A DNA stretch of 64,000 bases from contig CBDCKW010000009.1 of the NCBI GenBank assembly GCA_965218435.1, positions 2,496,001 to 2,560,000 on the forward strand, given 5' to 3'. The notes under the pieces were generated by a model. It saw only the letters and a list, made by a program, of their open reading frames with translations, did not search any database and had not been told where the DNA came from. The translations under genes were made by a program, and so were the position numbers. This DNA is from Truepera sp. (GTDB lineage: Bacteria; Deinococcota; Deinococci; Deinococcales; Trueperaceae). Positions 21,740 through 31,607 of this stretch are shown one piece after another (positions within the stretch are counted from its first letter, which is position 1; each line of letters opens with the position of its first letter).

Positions 21740-22471
21740 ATGTTGACCCCGATGTCCTCCACCCCACCCCCGACCGTGTTGATTATCGAAGACGAAACGT
21801 CTATCGCCGACATCTTAGCGGACAACTTGCAAGACGAGGGCTACACGACGCTTTACGCCGCCGACGGGAGCAGCGGCCTGCGCTGCTGGCAAACCGAGCG
21901 GCCGAACCTGGTCATTTTAGACGTGATGTTGCCGCATCTTTCGGGCTATGAGGTCTGCCGCACCATGCGGGGGCGCGGCGACACCACACCGGTGCTTTTT
22001 TTAAGCGCCAAAGGTCAAGCCGATGACCGCGTGCAGGGTCTCCGGGCCGGGGGTGACGATTACCTCCCTAAACCCTTTCACCTCCCCGAATTTTTGCTCC
22101 GCGTTGAAAATATGCTGAGGCGTCAGCGTTGGGGTAGCAGGGGAGCCGCCCAGACGGGCGACGCACTTTATTTTGGGGGCCACAAGGTCAACTTTCGAAC
22201 CTGGACGGCGACGCTCTCGAATGGTCAAGACGAGCCTTTAAGCGAACGCGAGCTTAAAATCCTCAAACTGCTCAGTCAGCGGCGCGGCGAGGTCGTCAGC
22301 CGTGACGACATTTTAGATACTGTCTGGGGCGACGACGCGTTTCCGAGCAGCCGGACGGTGGATAATTTTGTGGTGCGGCTCCGGCGACTCTTTGAGCCCG
22401 ACCCGGCAGAGCCCCGCTATTTTCATACGGTGTGGGGTGTCGGCTACCGTTTTACCCCAGAGGGCACCTGA
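21740..22471 (+). CDS. OmpR/PhoB-family response regulator
   Basis: IEDE, LDVMLP, KPF and TVWGVGY motifs. Confidence 0.95.
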   Translation: MLTPMSSTPPPTVLIIEDETSIADILADNLQDEGYTTLYAADGSSGLRCWQTERPNLVILDVMLPHLSGYEVCRTMRGRGDTTPVLFLSAKGQADDRVQGLRAGGDDYLPKPFHLPEFLLRVENMLRRQRWGSRGAAQTGDALYFGGHKVNFRTWTATLSNGQDEPLSERELKILKLLSQRRGEVVSRDDILDTVWGDDAFPSSRTVDNFVVRLRRLFEPDPAEPRYFHTVWGVGYRFTPEGT

Positions 22472-22484
22472 AAAAGATTAATTA

Positions 22485-22503
22485 TCTATACCCGAAGTAT
22501 AGA
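22485..22503. promoter_or_regulatory. Probable VapBC operator palindrome
   Basis: TCTATAC-N5-GTATAGA just upstream of the TACACT -10 box of vapB. Confidence 0.6.
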
Positions 22504-22524
22504 CTTTAGTGCTACACTCTCTTT

Positions 22525-22761
22525 ATGGATACTGCAAAGCTTTTTAAGAACGGTCAGAGTCAAGCGGTAAGGTTGCCCAAAGCGTACCGCTTTGAGGGTG
22601 AACAGGTTTATGTCAAAAAGCTCGGCAACGCTGTAGTGCTCATCCCCTACGATGATCCCTGGGAACTGATGCTTAACAGTTTAGACAAGTTTGAGGGTGA
22701 CCTGTTCCCCAACGGACGCGAACAACCCGAGAAGGCTGAGCAGCGGGAAGGCTTCGAGTAG
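22525..22761 (+). CDS. vapB: VapB/VagC AbrB-type antitoxin
   Basis: AKLFKNGQSQAVRLPK motif. Confidence 0.93.
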   Translation: MDTAKLFKNGQSQAVRLPKAYRFEGEQVYVKKLGNAVVLIPYDDPWELMLNSLDKFEGDLFPNGREQPEKAEQREGFE

Positions 22762-23166
22762 GTGCCCTACCTGCTCGACACGAACATCTGCGTCTATATC
22801 ATCCGCGGTCGGCGGCGGGAGGTCGTCGAGCGGTTTCAGCAAAGTGCACTGAGTGACCTGCTGATCTCGAGCGTTACGACCGCTGAACTTTACTTCGGTA
22901 TTGAAAAGAGCGAGCGACGAGAACATAACCTGGAAGTTTTGGAGGCTTTCCTTTTACCCATCACGGTGCAGCCTTTTGAGGGCGGCGCGCCTAAGGTCTA
23001 CGGCAAGCTCCGGGCAACCCTCGAGCGCCAAGGCACACCCATCGGCCCACTCGATACCCTTATCGCGGCTCACGCGCTGAGTTTAGGGGCGACGCTCGTG
23101 ACCAACAACACCCGCGAATTTGAACGCGTCCCTGAGCTAAAGCTCGAGGACTGGACACGTTCGTAG
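22762..23166 (+). CDS. vapC: VapC PIN toxin
   Basis: YLLDTN, DTLIAAHA and TNNTREF motifs. Confidence 0.95.
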   Translation: MPYLLDTNICVYIIRGRRREVVERFQQSALSDLLISSVTTAELYFGIEKSERREHNLEVLEAFLLPITVQPFEGGAPKVYGKLRATLERQGTPIGPLDTLIAAHALSLGATLVTNNTREFERVPELKLEDWTRS

Positions 23167-23206
23167 CGCCTACGGACACGAGGCGTAGCGGCCCGTACAA
23201 TAAAGC

Positions 23207-24232
23207 ATGAGCCTCTTTTTAGACGCCGCGAACGGCGAGAACACCGCCCATGCTCCCATCTGGATTATGCGCCAAGCCGGACGCTACTTGCCCGAATACC
23301 GCGCACTCAAAGAAAAACATACCTTCTGGGAGCTGTGCCGCACACCGGAATTAGCTGCGGAGATTACCCTGCAACCCATCCGCCGGTTTGGGCTCGACGC
23401 CGCGATCTTATTCCAAGACATCATGACGCCCCTGCCGCCGATGGGTTTAGACATTGACTTTACCCCCGGCCCGGTTTTTAAGACGCCGGTCCGCAGCGCC
23501 GACGCCGTAAACAAGCTCGTCGTTCCTGAGCAAAACGAGATTGCGCCGTATGTTGCTGAGGCCATCCGGCTGATTCGCGCCGAAAGTCCGGTGCCTTTAA
23601 TCGGCTTCGGCGGCGCACCGCTGACGCTCGCAACTTACGTCGTGCAAGGCGGCAGCAGCAAAGACTACGACGAGTTTCGGCAGTTTTTACGCTACGCGCC
23701 TGAGACGGCGCACAAACTTTTGGGAAAACTTACCGAAGTCTCGATTCGTTACCTCGAGATGCAAATAGAAGCTGGCGCACAGGCGGTTCAACTGTTCGAC
23801 TCGTGGGCCGGACTTCACGACGCCCGCACCTACAGGGAGTTTGCTAAACCCTACAACACCCGTATCTTTGAAGCTCTGGCTGACTACGGCGTCCCCCGTT
23901 TGTACATTGCGGTAGACGCGCTGCACCTTTACGGCGAAATTAAAGACCTACCGTGTGAAGTCGTCAGTGTGGACTGGCGCGTGCCGCTCTCGCAGGTGCG
24001 CCCGCTCCTGCCCGGAAAGGTGCTCCAAGGCAACCTCGACCCGGCGGTGTTGCTCGCGCCGGAGAAAGTCATGCAAAGGGAGACCGAACGCGTTTTACGC
24101 GAAGGGTTGGGCGGGCCGCATATCTTTAACTTGGGTCACGGCATCATGCGGCAGACCAACCCGGAACGTGTAACGCAGCTTCTCGAGGTCGTGCGGGCGT
24201 TTGACCGAGCTGAGGTGGCCGAACGTGTCTAG
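23207..24232 (+). CDS. hemE: Uroporphyrinogen decarboxylase
   Basis: MRQAGRYLPEY, QGNLDP and FNLGHG motifs. Confidence 0.98.
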   Translation: MSLFLDAANGENTAHAPIWIMRQAGRYLPEYRALKEKHTFWELCRTPELAAEITLQPIRRFGLDAAILFQDIMTPLPPMGLDIDFTPGPVFKTPVRSADAVNKLVVPEQNEIAPYVAEAIRLIRAESPVPLIGFGGAPLTLATYVVQGGSSKDYDEFRQFLRYAPETAHKLLGKLTEVSIRYLEMQIEAGAQAVQLFDSWAGLHDARTYREFAKPYNTRIFEALADYGVPRLYIAVDALHLYGEIKDLPCEVVSVDWRVPLSQVRPLLPGKVLQGNLDPAVLLAPEKVMQRETERVLREGLGGPHIFNLGHGIMRQTNPERVTQLLEVVRAFDRAEVAERV

Positions 24233-25154
24233 GCGTGAACGTGTAGTAGAAGTCTTTCAAAAAGGTCAAGCTGAGCTGATTGCGGCATTTGAGTCTTTGG
24301 ACAGCACGGCGAGCTTTGGCCTGCACAGCTGGGAGCGGCCTGGGGGCGGGGGGGGAACAGCAAGGGTTTTAGAAGGCGGGTGCGTCCTCGAGCGCACCGG
24401 GATCAATTTCTCCGCTGTTCACGGCGACGCCGTACCCTCGAGTCTCGCCGCAGCTCACCCCGGCAGTGAAGGCAAACCCTATTTTGCCACCGGTTTATCC
24501 ATGGTCTTTCACCCGCGCAACCCCTACGCCCCGGCGTTTCACGCGAACTACCGCTACTTTGAAGTCGGCAGCGAGGCGGACGAGAGCGACATCTGGTGGT
24601 TCGGCGGTGGCGCGGATATGACGCCGAACTACCCTTTTGCCGAGGATATTATTCACTTTCACCGAACGCTCAAAGCGCAGTGTGACCGGCACCTGGTTGG
24701 TGATTACAGCACACTTAAAAAGACCTGCGACGATTACTTTTACATCAAACACCGCCGTGAGATGCGCGGCGTCGGCGGGATTTTTTTCGATGAACTTTCG
24801 CCCGTCGGCCAAAACGACTTCGAGACCGACTTTGCCTTTATCCAAGACGGCGTGCAGACGCTGCTCGAGCTTTATCTGCCCATCCTCGAGCGCCGCAAAG
24901 ATACCGTTTACGGCGAACGCGAACGGCAGTGGCAACTTTTACGGCGCGGACGCTACGCTGAATTTAACTTGGTGTACGACCGGGGGACGACCTTCGGCCT
25001 GCAAACCGGTGGGCATATCGAAGCGATCTTGATGTCACTGCCGCCCTACGCGCACTGGGCCTTTGATGTTCAGCCCGAAGCAGGGTCGCCCGAAGCGGAG
25101 ATGCTGAATTACCTACAACCACGGGATTGGGTGGGCGAAACCGAACTTGTTTAA
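24225..25154 (+). CDS. hemF: Oxygen-dependent coproporphyrinogen III oxidase
   Basis: HPRNP..P..HANYRY, WWFGGG and RRGRYAEFNL motifs; GTG at 24225 with GAGG SD. Confidence 0.97.
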   Translation: MSRRERVVEVFQKGQAELIAAFESLDSTASFGLHSWERPGGGGGTARVLEGGCVLERTGINFSAVHGDAVPSSLAAAHPGSEGKPYFATGLSMVFHPRNPYAPAFHANYRYFEVGSEADESDIWWFGGGADMTPNYPFAEDIIHFHRTLKAQCDRHLVGDYSTLKKTCDDYFYIKHRREMRGVGGIFFDELSPVGQNDFETDFAFIQDGVQTLLELYLPILERRKDTVYGERERQWQLLRRGRYAEFNLVYDRGTTFGLQTGGHIEAILMSLPPYAHWAFDVQPEAGSPEAEMLNYLQPRDWVGETELV

Positions 25155-25214
25155 GCCCAAAAGATTGGTCTGCTAAAGGGCATACGTCCTGTAGGGCGGC
25201 GGGTAAAATACGGT

Positions 25215-26357
25215 ATGGATCAGAGCAGCACGACTCAAGGCCCCACTGGAATCGTAATGATGAACTTGGGCGGCCCGAAGACGCTTGACGACGTAAGGCC
25301 GTTTTTACTCAAGCTCTTTGAAGACCGCGAAATTATTCAGCTCCCCGCGCAGCGATTTCTAGGGCCGTATATCGCCAAACGGCGGACTAAAAGCGTTCAG
25401 CAAAAGTACGATGAGATCGGCGGCGGCTCGCCTATCTTGGCGTGGACGGAGGAGCAGGGGCGCGGCATGTGTGAACGCCTCGATAAGCTGTCGCCGGAGA
25501 CCGCGCCGCATAAATTTTACGTGGCGTTTCGTTACGTGCATCCGTTTAGCGAAGACGCACTTCGGCAGATGAAAGCCGACGGGATCAAACGGGCCGTCGC
25601 CTTTACGCAGTACCCACAATTTTCGTGTTCGACGACCGGCTCGTCACTCAACGAACTCTGGCGGGCGGCGAAAAATGTCGGTTTGCAAAACGACTTCGAG
25701 TGGAGCGTCATAGACCGCTGGCCGACGCACCCACGTTTTATCGAAGCGATGACGGAGACCGTCAAACAGGGATTGAGTCAGTTTACCGAAGCTGAACGCG
25801 ACGACGTTTTGATCCTCTTTAGCGCCCACTCGCTGCCCCTAGACGTCATCAACCGGGGCGACGCCTACCCCGCCGAAATCGGCGCGAGCGCCCACGAAGT
25901 GATGAAACGCCTTGGCTACAGTCACGAGTACATGGTCAGCTATCAGTCGGATGTGGGGCCGGTACCGTGGCTCGGGCCGAGTACGGAAAAAGTCATCGAA
26001 TCTTTGGGTGAGAAGAAACGGCGGAATGTGCTGGTCGTCGGCATCGCGTTTACCAGTGACCACATCGAAACGCTGCACGAACTCGACATCGAATACGGCG
26101 AAGTCGCGCACAAAGCCGGAATCACCAACTTCAAGCGGGCACCGGCCTTAAACGGGTTGCCGGTTTTTCAAGACGCTTTAGCCGAAGTTGTTCTTGAACA
26201 TCTGCAGAGCGGCGAGGCGTGCAACAAGCAGTACGGGCTGCGCTGCGCGGGCTGCGTCAATCCGCAGTGCCGCAATATCTTAAATCCGGTGGCACCGTAC
26301 AAACGCACCAATGTGAGTATGTCCAAAGAAACCAAGCAGTATAAAGCTGCACTTTAA
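25215..26357 (+). CDS. hemH: Protoporphyrin ferrochelatase, eukaryote-like, with probable [2Fe-2S] ligands
   Basis: NLGGP, YPQFSCSTTGSS, SAHSLP and SDHIETL motifs; C-terminal C-x2-C-x4-C. Confidence 0.97.
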   Translation: MDQSSTTQGPTGIVMMNLGGPKTLDDVRPFLLKLFEDREIIQLPAQRFLGPYIAKRRTKSVQQKYDEIGGGSPILAWTEEQGRGMCERLDKLSPETAPHKFYVAFRYVHPFSEDALRQMKADGIKRAVAFTQYPQFSCSTTGSSLNELWRAAKNVGLQNDFEWSVIDRWPTHPRFIEAMTETVKQGLSQFTEAERDDVLILFSAHSLPLDVINRGDAYPAEIGASAHEVMKRLGYSHEYMVSYQSDVGPVPWLGPSTEKVIESLGEKKRRNVLVVGIAFTSDHIETLHELDIEYGEVAHKAGITNFKRAPALNGLPVFQDALAEVVLEHLQSGEACNKQYGLRCAGCVNPQCRNILNPVAPYKRTNVSMSKETKQYKAAL

Positions 26358-26413
26358 CAAGTTCTAAACGTTCGGGCTCGAGCCTCTCCCTTTATCGTCG
26401 GCTAGAATAGGGG

Positions 26414-26968
26414 ATGCTCGAGTTTTCTTTACCTACCATGTCGGTCGAAGAATACCTGGCGTGTGAACAAAAAGGCGACGTTCGCCATGAATACGTCAAT
26501 GGTTATGTCTACGCTTTGGCAGGTGGCACCAGTCGCCATAACCGTATCTCTCTAAACATTGCTGCCCACTTTTTGCAGCTGGCACAGAGCAAACCGTGCC
26601 GCGTCTACCAAGAAGGCATGAAACTTCGCACCGAAGACAACGTTTTTTACTATCCGGACGTGATGGCAGTCTGCGGCAAACCTGAACCCGACCCTTTTTT
26701 TGAAACCGAACCGTGCGTGTTGGTCGAAGTTTTGTCACCGAGCACCAAAAACACCGACCTACGCGAAAAACTGACCGCGTACAAAAGCTTGCCGAGTGTG
26801 CAGACCTATCTGATTGTCGAGGCTGAGCGGCTGGCGGTGCGGCGGTTTTGGGTAGATGATACGCGCCGCTGGCAGCAAGAAGACCTGACCGGCGACGGCG
26901 ATATCCCGCTGCCTTGTCTGGACGGGGTGCTGAGTTTGCCGCAGATTTACCGAAATGTTTTTAGCTAG
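26414..26968 (+). CDS. Uma2 family endonuclease-like protein
   Basis: RHEYVNG, YYPDV, VEVLSPST and DLREK motifs. Confidence 0.92.
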   Translation: MLEFSLPTMSVEEYLACEQKGDVRHEYVNGYVYALAGGTSRHNRISLNIAAHFLQLAQSKPCRVYQEGMKLRTEDNVFYYPDVMAVCGKPEPDPFFETEPCVLVEVLSPSTKNTDLREKLTAYKSLPSVQTYLIVEAERLAVRRFWVDDTRRWQQEDLTGDGDIPLPCLDGVLSLPQIYRNVFS

Positions 26969-26976
26969 CAGCGTGT

Positions 26977-27390
26977 TCAGCTAAAAGGGTTTTGTACCTG
27001 TACCCCTGCAACGACCTGACCTGCATTTAGGTCTTCCGAGTACAGAACCTCACACCCTAAACGTGCCGCACTGGTGAGAATCATTGCGTCCCAGAACGAA
27101 ATAAGTGTCTCTTGGTGGAGTTTGATAGCGCTTATTACATCCAAGGCTGTCGGCTCGTGAACAGTCCAGTGCGTGTAGCGTTCTACAAGTTGACTTGCAG
27201 CTACCGGCGTGAGCAACTGTTTTCCGGTCGTAACCGTGTAGAATTCTTGCAGTACTTGTACGCTTAAACCGCCCTCAAATGACTCCCAGAGGTTACGCAC
27301 GAGCGCTGCAGCCTGTTCACGCTTTTCTCCTGCAGAAGTGTCGTGCGCGTAAACCAGTACATTGCTATCAATGAACGCCTTAGCGCTCAT
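26977..27390 (-). CDS. PIN-domain toxin
   Basis: FIDSNVLVY, QVLQEF, SFWDA and LYSED motifs. Confidence 0.92.
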   Translation of the reverse strand: MSAKAFIDSNVLVYAHDTSAGEKREQAAALVRNLWESFEGGLSVQVLQEFYTVTTGKQLLTPVAASQLVERYTHWTVHEPTALDVISAIKLHQETLISFWDAMILTSAARLGCEVLYSEDLNAGQVVAGVQVQNPFS

Positions 27391-27622
27391 GCAGTTCGTC
27401 CCTCGTCCAGCTCGCTTTGCCGTAAGTGCCTAGATTATAGCCCTGCTCGAGCGCAGCCAGCGCCTCTCTTTTAGCACGGGCGTAGTCGCTCTCGTCGGCG
27501 ACGAGCGCCTCGAGCTTCTCCCGCAACATCGCCGAAACCGATGTACCCCGCTTCGCCGCAATAACTTTAACCTCTCGGAGCGTTTCTTCGGGCAGTGCTA
27601 GGGTAATATTTCGCATCGCCAT
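27380..27622 (-). CDS. RHH/CopG-type antitoxin
   Basis: NITLAL...AAKRGTSVS and WTRDELHER; overlaps the PIN gene start. Confidence 0.88.
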   Translation of the reverse strand: MAMRNITLALPEETLREVKVIAAKRGTSVSAMLREKLEALVADESDYARAKREALAALEQGYNLGTYGKASWTRDELHER

Positions 27623-27673
27623 ACTTCACCTCACGTAAAAGAGTGTAACACGTAAGTTTGTGTGTTTACGGCA

Positions 27674-30312
27674 CTACAAATCCCCGAAGAGCCCGGACTG
27701 CGCGCCTGCTTCCCTCACTTCAGGCGCTTTACGCTCCGCGTCCGTTGGGATAGGAAAATCCGCCGCCGCAAACACCTCGCCGGAGACGACCGCCGCCAGT
27801 TTTTCCGAAAGTTCAGGCCACGCCGCTACCGTCGCCTCGAGCACCCACAAAAGTTCTAAGAGTTCCCGCGTCAGCTCCGCCGTCCAGCGTTCGGGGCGAA
27901 TTTTATCGAGGTCAGAGGACGAGCGCCCCGCCCGCTCCCGCATCCGGTAGCCGAGCCAGCTTTTTACCACGCTCAAGCCCGATACCGAGAATGCCCACAC
28001 CTCCGGCGAGACCGGGCCAAACTCACCCGCGCCCACGTGCAGCGTTTTGCTCTCCGGGTCATACGAAAAATCGTTGGGATACGCTTCCGGCGCGTTCGGC
28101 ACCGCCACTGTGTTACGCGCTTCACCTCGCGGCACGCTGCCGCCGAACCGTTCGCCGCCCAGCCTTTCACCATAGGTGTGTAGCCCGATGAGCGAACGCC
28201 CAAGTGCCGCCACTTCACCAAAGAGCGCCGCATCTTTTGTCACCGGCAGACGCGGCCCCGGCAGCACCAGCTCTTCAGAAAATGTTTCGACGTAAGACGG
28301 CGAGGCCAAAAGCCTGTAAGCGTAGGCGAAAAAGTCTTCGGGAGAGACCGCAAAGTCATACGTTTCTGCCAGCACGTCTAAAAGCCCCGCTGTAACGTTC
28401 GGTTCAGAGGCCGCCGCATCCCGCCAGAGGGGAACTGCTCGACCATTACGACCATGAAAATAGTTCATGTCGGGAACGTAAGCAGATACGGAAGCACCAG
28501 GGCCGACACCTAGAACTTCAGTAAACAGAGTCGTCATGAAAACCTGCTTTGCACTGTATGTGTACCAAAGGTCATTACGAAAACGGTCAGCAAAGCGCGT
28601 ATCTGCATATATCCATTGCTTATCAAAACTGCGAAAGCCATAGCACGTTATCGGCGGAGGCGGGGCATCTTGCGGCAACGAAGCTAAAGCAGGCGCTCTC
28701 GAGCCGTCCAGATTTTCGTAAACACCGCTCACTTTGCGGGCACCTGTTTCACGGAATAGTTGGGCTCGTCTTTCCGTGGAAGCTGACAAAAATGTCTTCC
28801 AACGTTGCACCAGAACGTCTTTTATCTCAGAAATCGGCCAACTACACTTAAGCTGTGACCCTGAGTGCTGCCACGGAAACAAATCGGTTAAAAAAGGCCA
28901 ACTATGGTAATCGCCTGTACCTTCTGGCAAAAACGGAGCTTTCCAGTCTAAAAAGCAGTCTTGCCACGTCACATTACTGAAGCTTTGAATCTGGGTGAGT
29001 TGCTCGAGCTTTCCTTCTTTCGTTCCTTCTAATTTCGCGTAATGCACCTTCGCAGGTTCATCCGGTTTCGGTTTCCCGTACCGCACACCTACGGCAATCG
29101 CCACGGGCGTCTGGATGTTAAAGACGTTTTGCGTCTTGCATGCGCCTAAGCTGTCGCCTTCCAAATCCAAAATCCACAGCTCGTCGAAGGTGCGGCGCAG
29201 GTGTTCGCGCATCCCGACAAAACCGGGGCCGCGCAGGTAGCTGGCGGCGGTAATAAACGAGATGATGCCCGCGTCCTGCGGCTGCTCAAAGACTTTCCAA
29301 AGCGCCCAACGCCAAAAGTAGACATAATCGTTGTACAAGTTTTTGATGTGCCCGCCCTGACCGGCGTCCACGGCGGGTTGCGTAAAGTCTTTTAAGATGC
29401 CGTTCGTTTGGTCGTTTAGGTTTTGCTGACCAAAACGCACCCAACCGCCTTTAAGTGCCACTTTATTTTTGAGGTCGTCTTTATCGCGCGTTTGCCGGTC
29501 GTATGGCGGATTGCCGATGCAGACCAAAACGCGAGTGTCTTGTTTGACCTCTCTAGCGCGGCGGTGTTCTTCGGTCAGGCGGCGGTACATGAGGCCGTGC
29601 TGCTCCAAGTCTCTGGCTTCGGGGGACTCGAGGGTGTCCGCCAGATAGACATGCACCCCGTCGGCGGGTAGTTCGCCGCCCTCTTCCATCACCTTTTGCG
29701 TCACGCGCAGGTGCGCCACCGCGTAGGGGCCGACGAGAAACTCTAACGCGTGCAGGTTTTGCGCGACCTTCGTGGCGTACTGGCTCCGCATTCCGGGGCC
29801 GTAAAACTCGGCGACGTTCTCTAAGGCGTGTTGCAACACTGCGAGCGGATACGCGCCGGTTCCGGCTGCCGGGTCGAGCACCACGACATCATCTTCAGCG
29901 TAGGCCAGGGGTTTGTCGAAACGGGTTTCTAAAAGTTCAGCGACGAGTCGCACCTGCGCTTGAATGACCGGCGCGGGCGTGTAATAGACGCCGTAATCGT
30001 TGCGGAGACGGCGGTCATAGGCAGCCAAAAAGTCTTCGTAAAAATAGAGCTATAGGTCAGGGCCATTAGGCCCAGGCACTGAGTGCCTAACCTGGGGGTC
30101 GTTGCCTTCTTTGCTCAGGGCTGCCGGGTCTACGGCGGTGATGGTCCGAATCAACGTCTAAACCGACACCCACGTCGCGGCGGGCCTCACGGTCGCTTAA
30201 AATCACCAGCGTTTGGGCGAGGAGACCGTGACCGGACTCGAGGGTTTCGGCGGCCCGTTCGGGCCGGACGTTCTCCGCGCCGCTAAAGCGGGTCAAAAGG
30301 AGCGCGTAGGTC
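27674..30312 (-). pseudogene. Type IIL/ISP-like restriction-modification gene remnant (N6-adenine MTase + TRD; N-terminus lost)
   Basis: GVYYTP, DPAAGTG and NPPY motifs, YGFRSFD; upstream TAG before LYFYEDF, a frameshift near 30155, no nuclease domain. Confidence 0.85.
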
Positions 30313-30617
30313 GAGTGAACACGCCATGCCCTACTATGCTGCTATATCAAGGCTAACGCAATTCGCTGTACTAGACTCAAAAAAGCTGATACTGTGCGGT
30401 CTCGCAAAGACGTTGCGAAAAAGAAGGTTTTCCTTGCAACCAACTTAGCCGCCAGGGAGGCGTACACTTCCTTTAGCCAAAGCCGATACTATAGTCAAGT
30501 CGCTCAAGGGAAAGCTTTAGGAGTTTAATACCAAAATGACTGCAGCCGTAAGTTTTCGCTTGTCTGCTTTTGAATAGATATAGCTTAGAAGACCCAATCT
30601 TGGCTTAGGAAATTACC

Positions 30618-31151
30618 GTGTCCATAACCATCAAGCAGGAGGGTGCCGCCGACGCAAAGACCATAGCGGCACTAGTAATGCGTGCATATCAAGCTGTTCC
30701 ATACAGCGATCATCGCGAGCAAGTCATGATCGAGCGGCTCCGCATGTCCGACGCCTTCATCCCCGAACTGTCTCTGCTGGCTGAAATCGATGATGAGCCG
30801 GTCGGTCACATTCTGCTAACCAAGATTGAGGTGCGTAATGAGCGATTCTCTACAGCCTCGCTTTCACTTGCCCCACTTTCTGTTGTACCGAATTATCAGC
30901 GAATGGGGGTAGGAGCCGCTCTTGTTCGAGAAGCTCATTGGAGAGCCGTCCAACTAGGTTTCCGGTCGGTCATTCTAATCGGTATCCCGGATTATTACGA
31001 ACGTTTCGGCTACCAGCCTATGAGCCGTTACCCCATTACTGTGCCGTTCACGGTACCAGAGCGGAACTGCATGGTTATCGCGCTCGTGCCAGATGGCCTT
31101 GTTGGTATGAGCGGGACAGTCATATATCCGCCCGTATGGATGACTGCCTAA
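30618..31151 (+). CDS. GNAT N-acetyltransferase (YhbS-like)
   Basis: LAPLSV, QRMGVG and YYERFGY motifs. Confidence 0.9.
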   Translation: MSITIKQEGAADAKTIAALVMRAYQAVPYSDHREQVMIERLRMSDAFIPELSLLAEIDDEPVGHILLTKIEVRNERFSTASLSLAPLSVVPNYQRMGVGAALVREAHWRAVQLGFRSVILIGIPDYYERFGYQPMSRYPITVPFTVPERNCMVIALVPDGLVGMSGTVIYPPVWMTA

Positions 31152-31253
31152 ACTGACTGACGGCTTTTCGGCAATGCCAAGCGCAGCGGGGAAGCGTCAG
31201 CTGGTTCGTCACAGGTATTTATAATTTATACTTGGGCGTATTCCGTCAAACAT

Positions 31254-31478
31254 TTAGTCGCCTAACCTGGCTTTGAGTTCTCTCTCAGCTTCAGCCCAGG
31301 TTCGGCCCGCAGCAATCATCAAACTGGTATGTTCTGCAAGCTTATCCGCACGGTCCAGTTGGTGACGCCCGAGTTCAGCTTTGTCGAGGTCGCGGTACTC
31401 GCCTAAAGGCTCAATTTTGCGTACCGCCTCGTCATAGTTGGCGTAAATACTGGCGATAAAGTAGCGTTTTTGGAGCAT
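31254..31478 (-). CDS. Hypothetical protein
   Basis: 74-aa ORF with protein-like composition; no family recognised. Confidence 0.5.
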   Translation of the reverse strand: MLQKRYFIASIYANYDEAVRKIEPLGEYRDLDKAELGRHQLDRADKLAEHTSLMIAAGRTWAEAERELKARLGD

Positions 31479-31520
31479 ACTCTATTTAACTCGTTTGAGC
31501 ATATCCTTACCCCGGTTCTA

Positions 31521-31559
31521 AACGACAAACAGCCCCTAGCGTGAGGACTGTTTGTCGTT
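31521..31559. terminator. Hairpin closing the glucanase operon
   Basis: 12-bp perfect arms AACGACAAACAG/CTGTTTGTCGTT, about 50 nt past the last gene. Confidence 0.65.
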
Positions 31560-31607
31560 AGCTGTTAGGTTTTTCTCAGTTACCAATGACGCCTCGCTCC
31601 CAGCAGC

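Noticed and set aside
13095..30053. TAG recoding as Trp, suggested by two in-frame TAGs at likely Trp positions (SulP and the RM gene)
   Set aside because: nusG, secE and many other genes end at TAG in their normal positions; TGG-to-TAG point mutations are simpler
30618..31200. GNAT gene as a third integron cassette
   Set aside because: Ends in GCCTAAAC rather than RYYYAAC, and no complementary upstream core site was found
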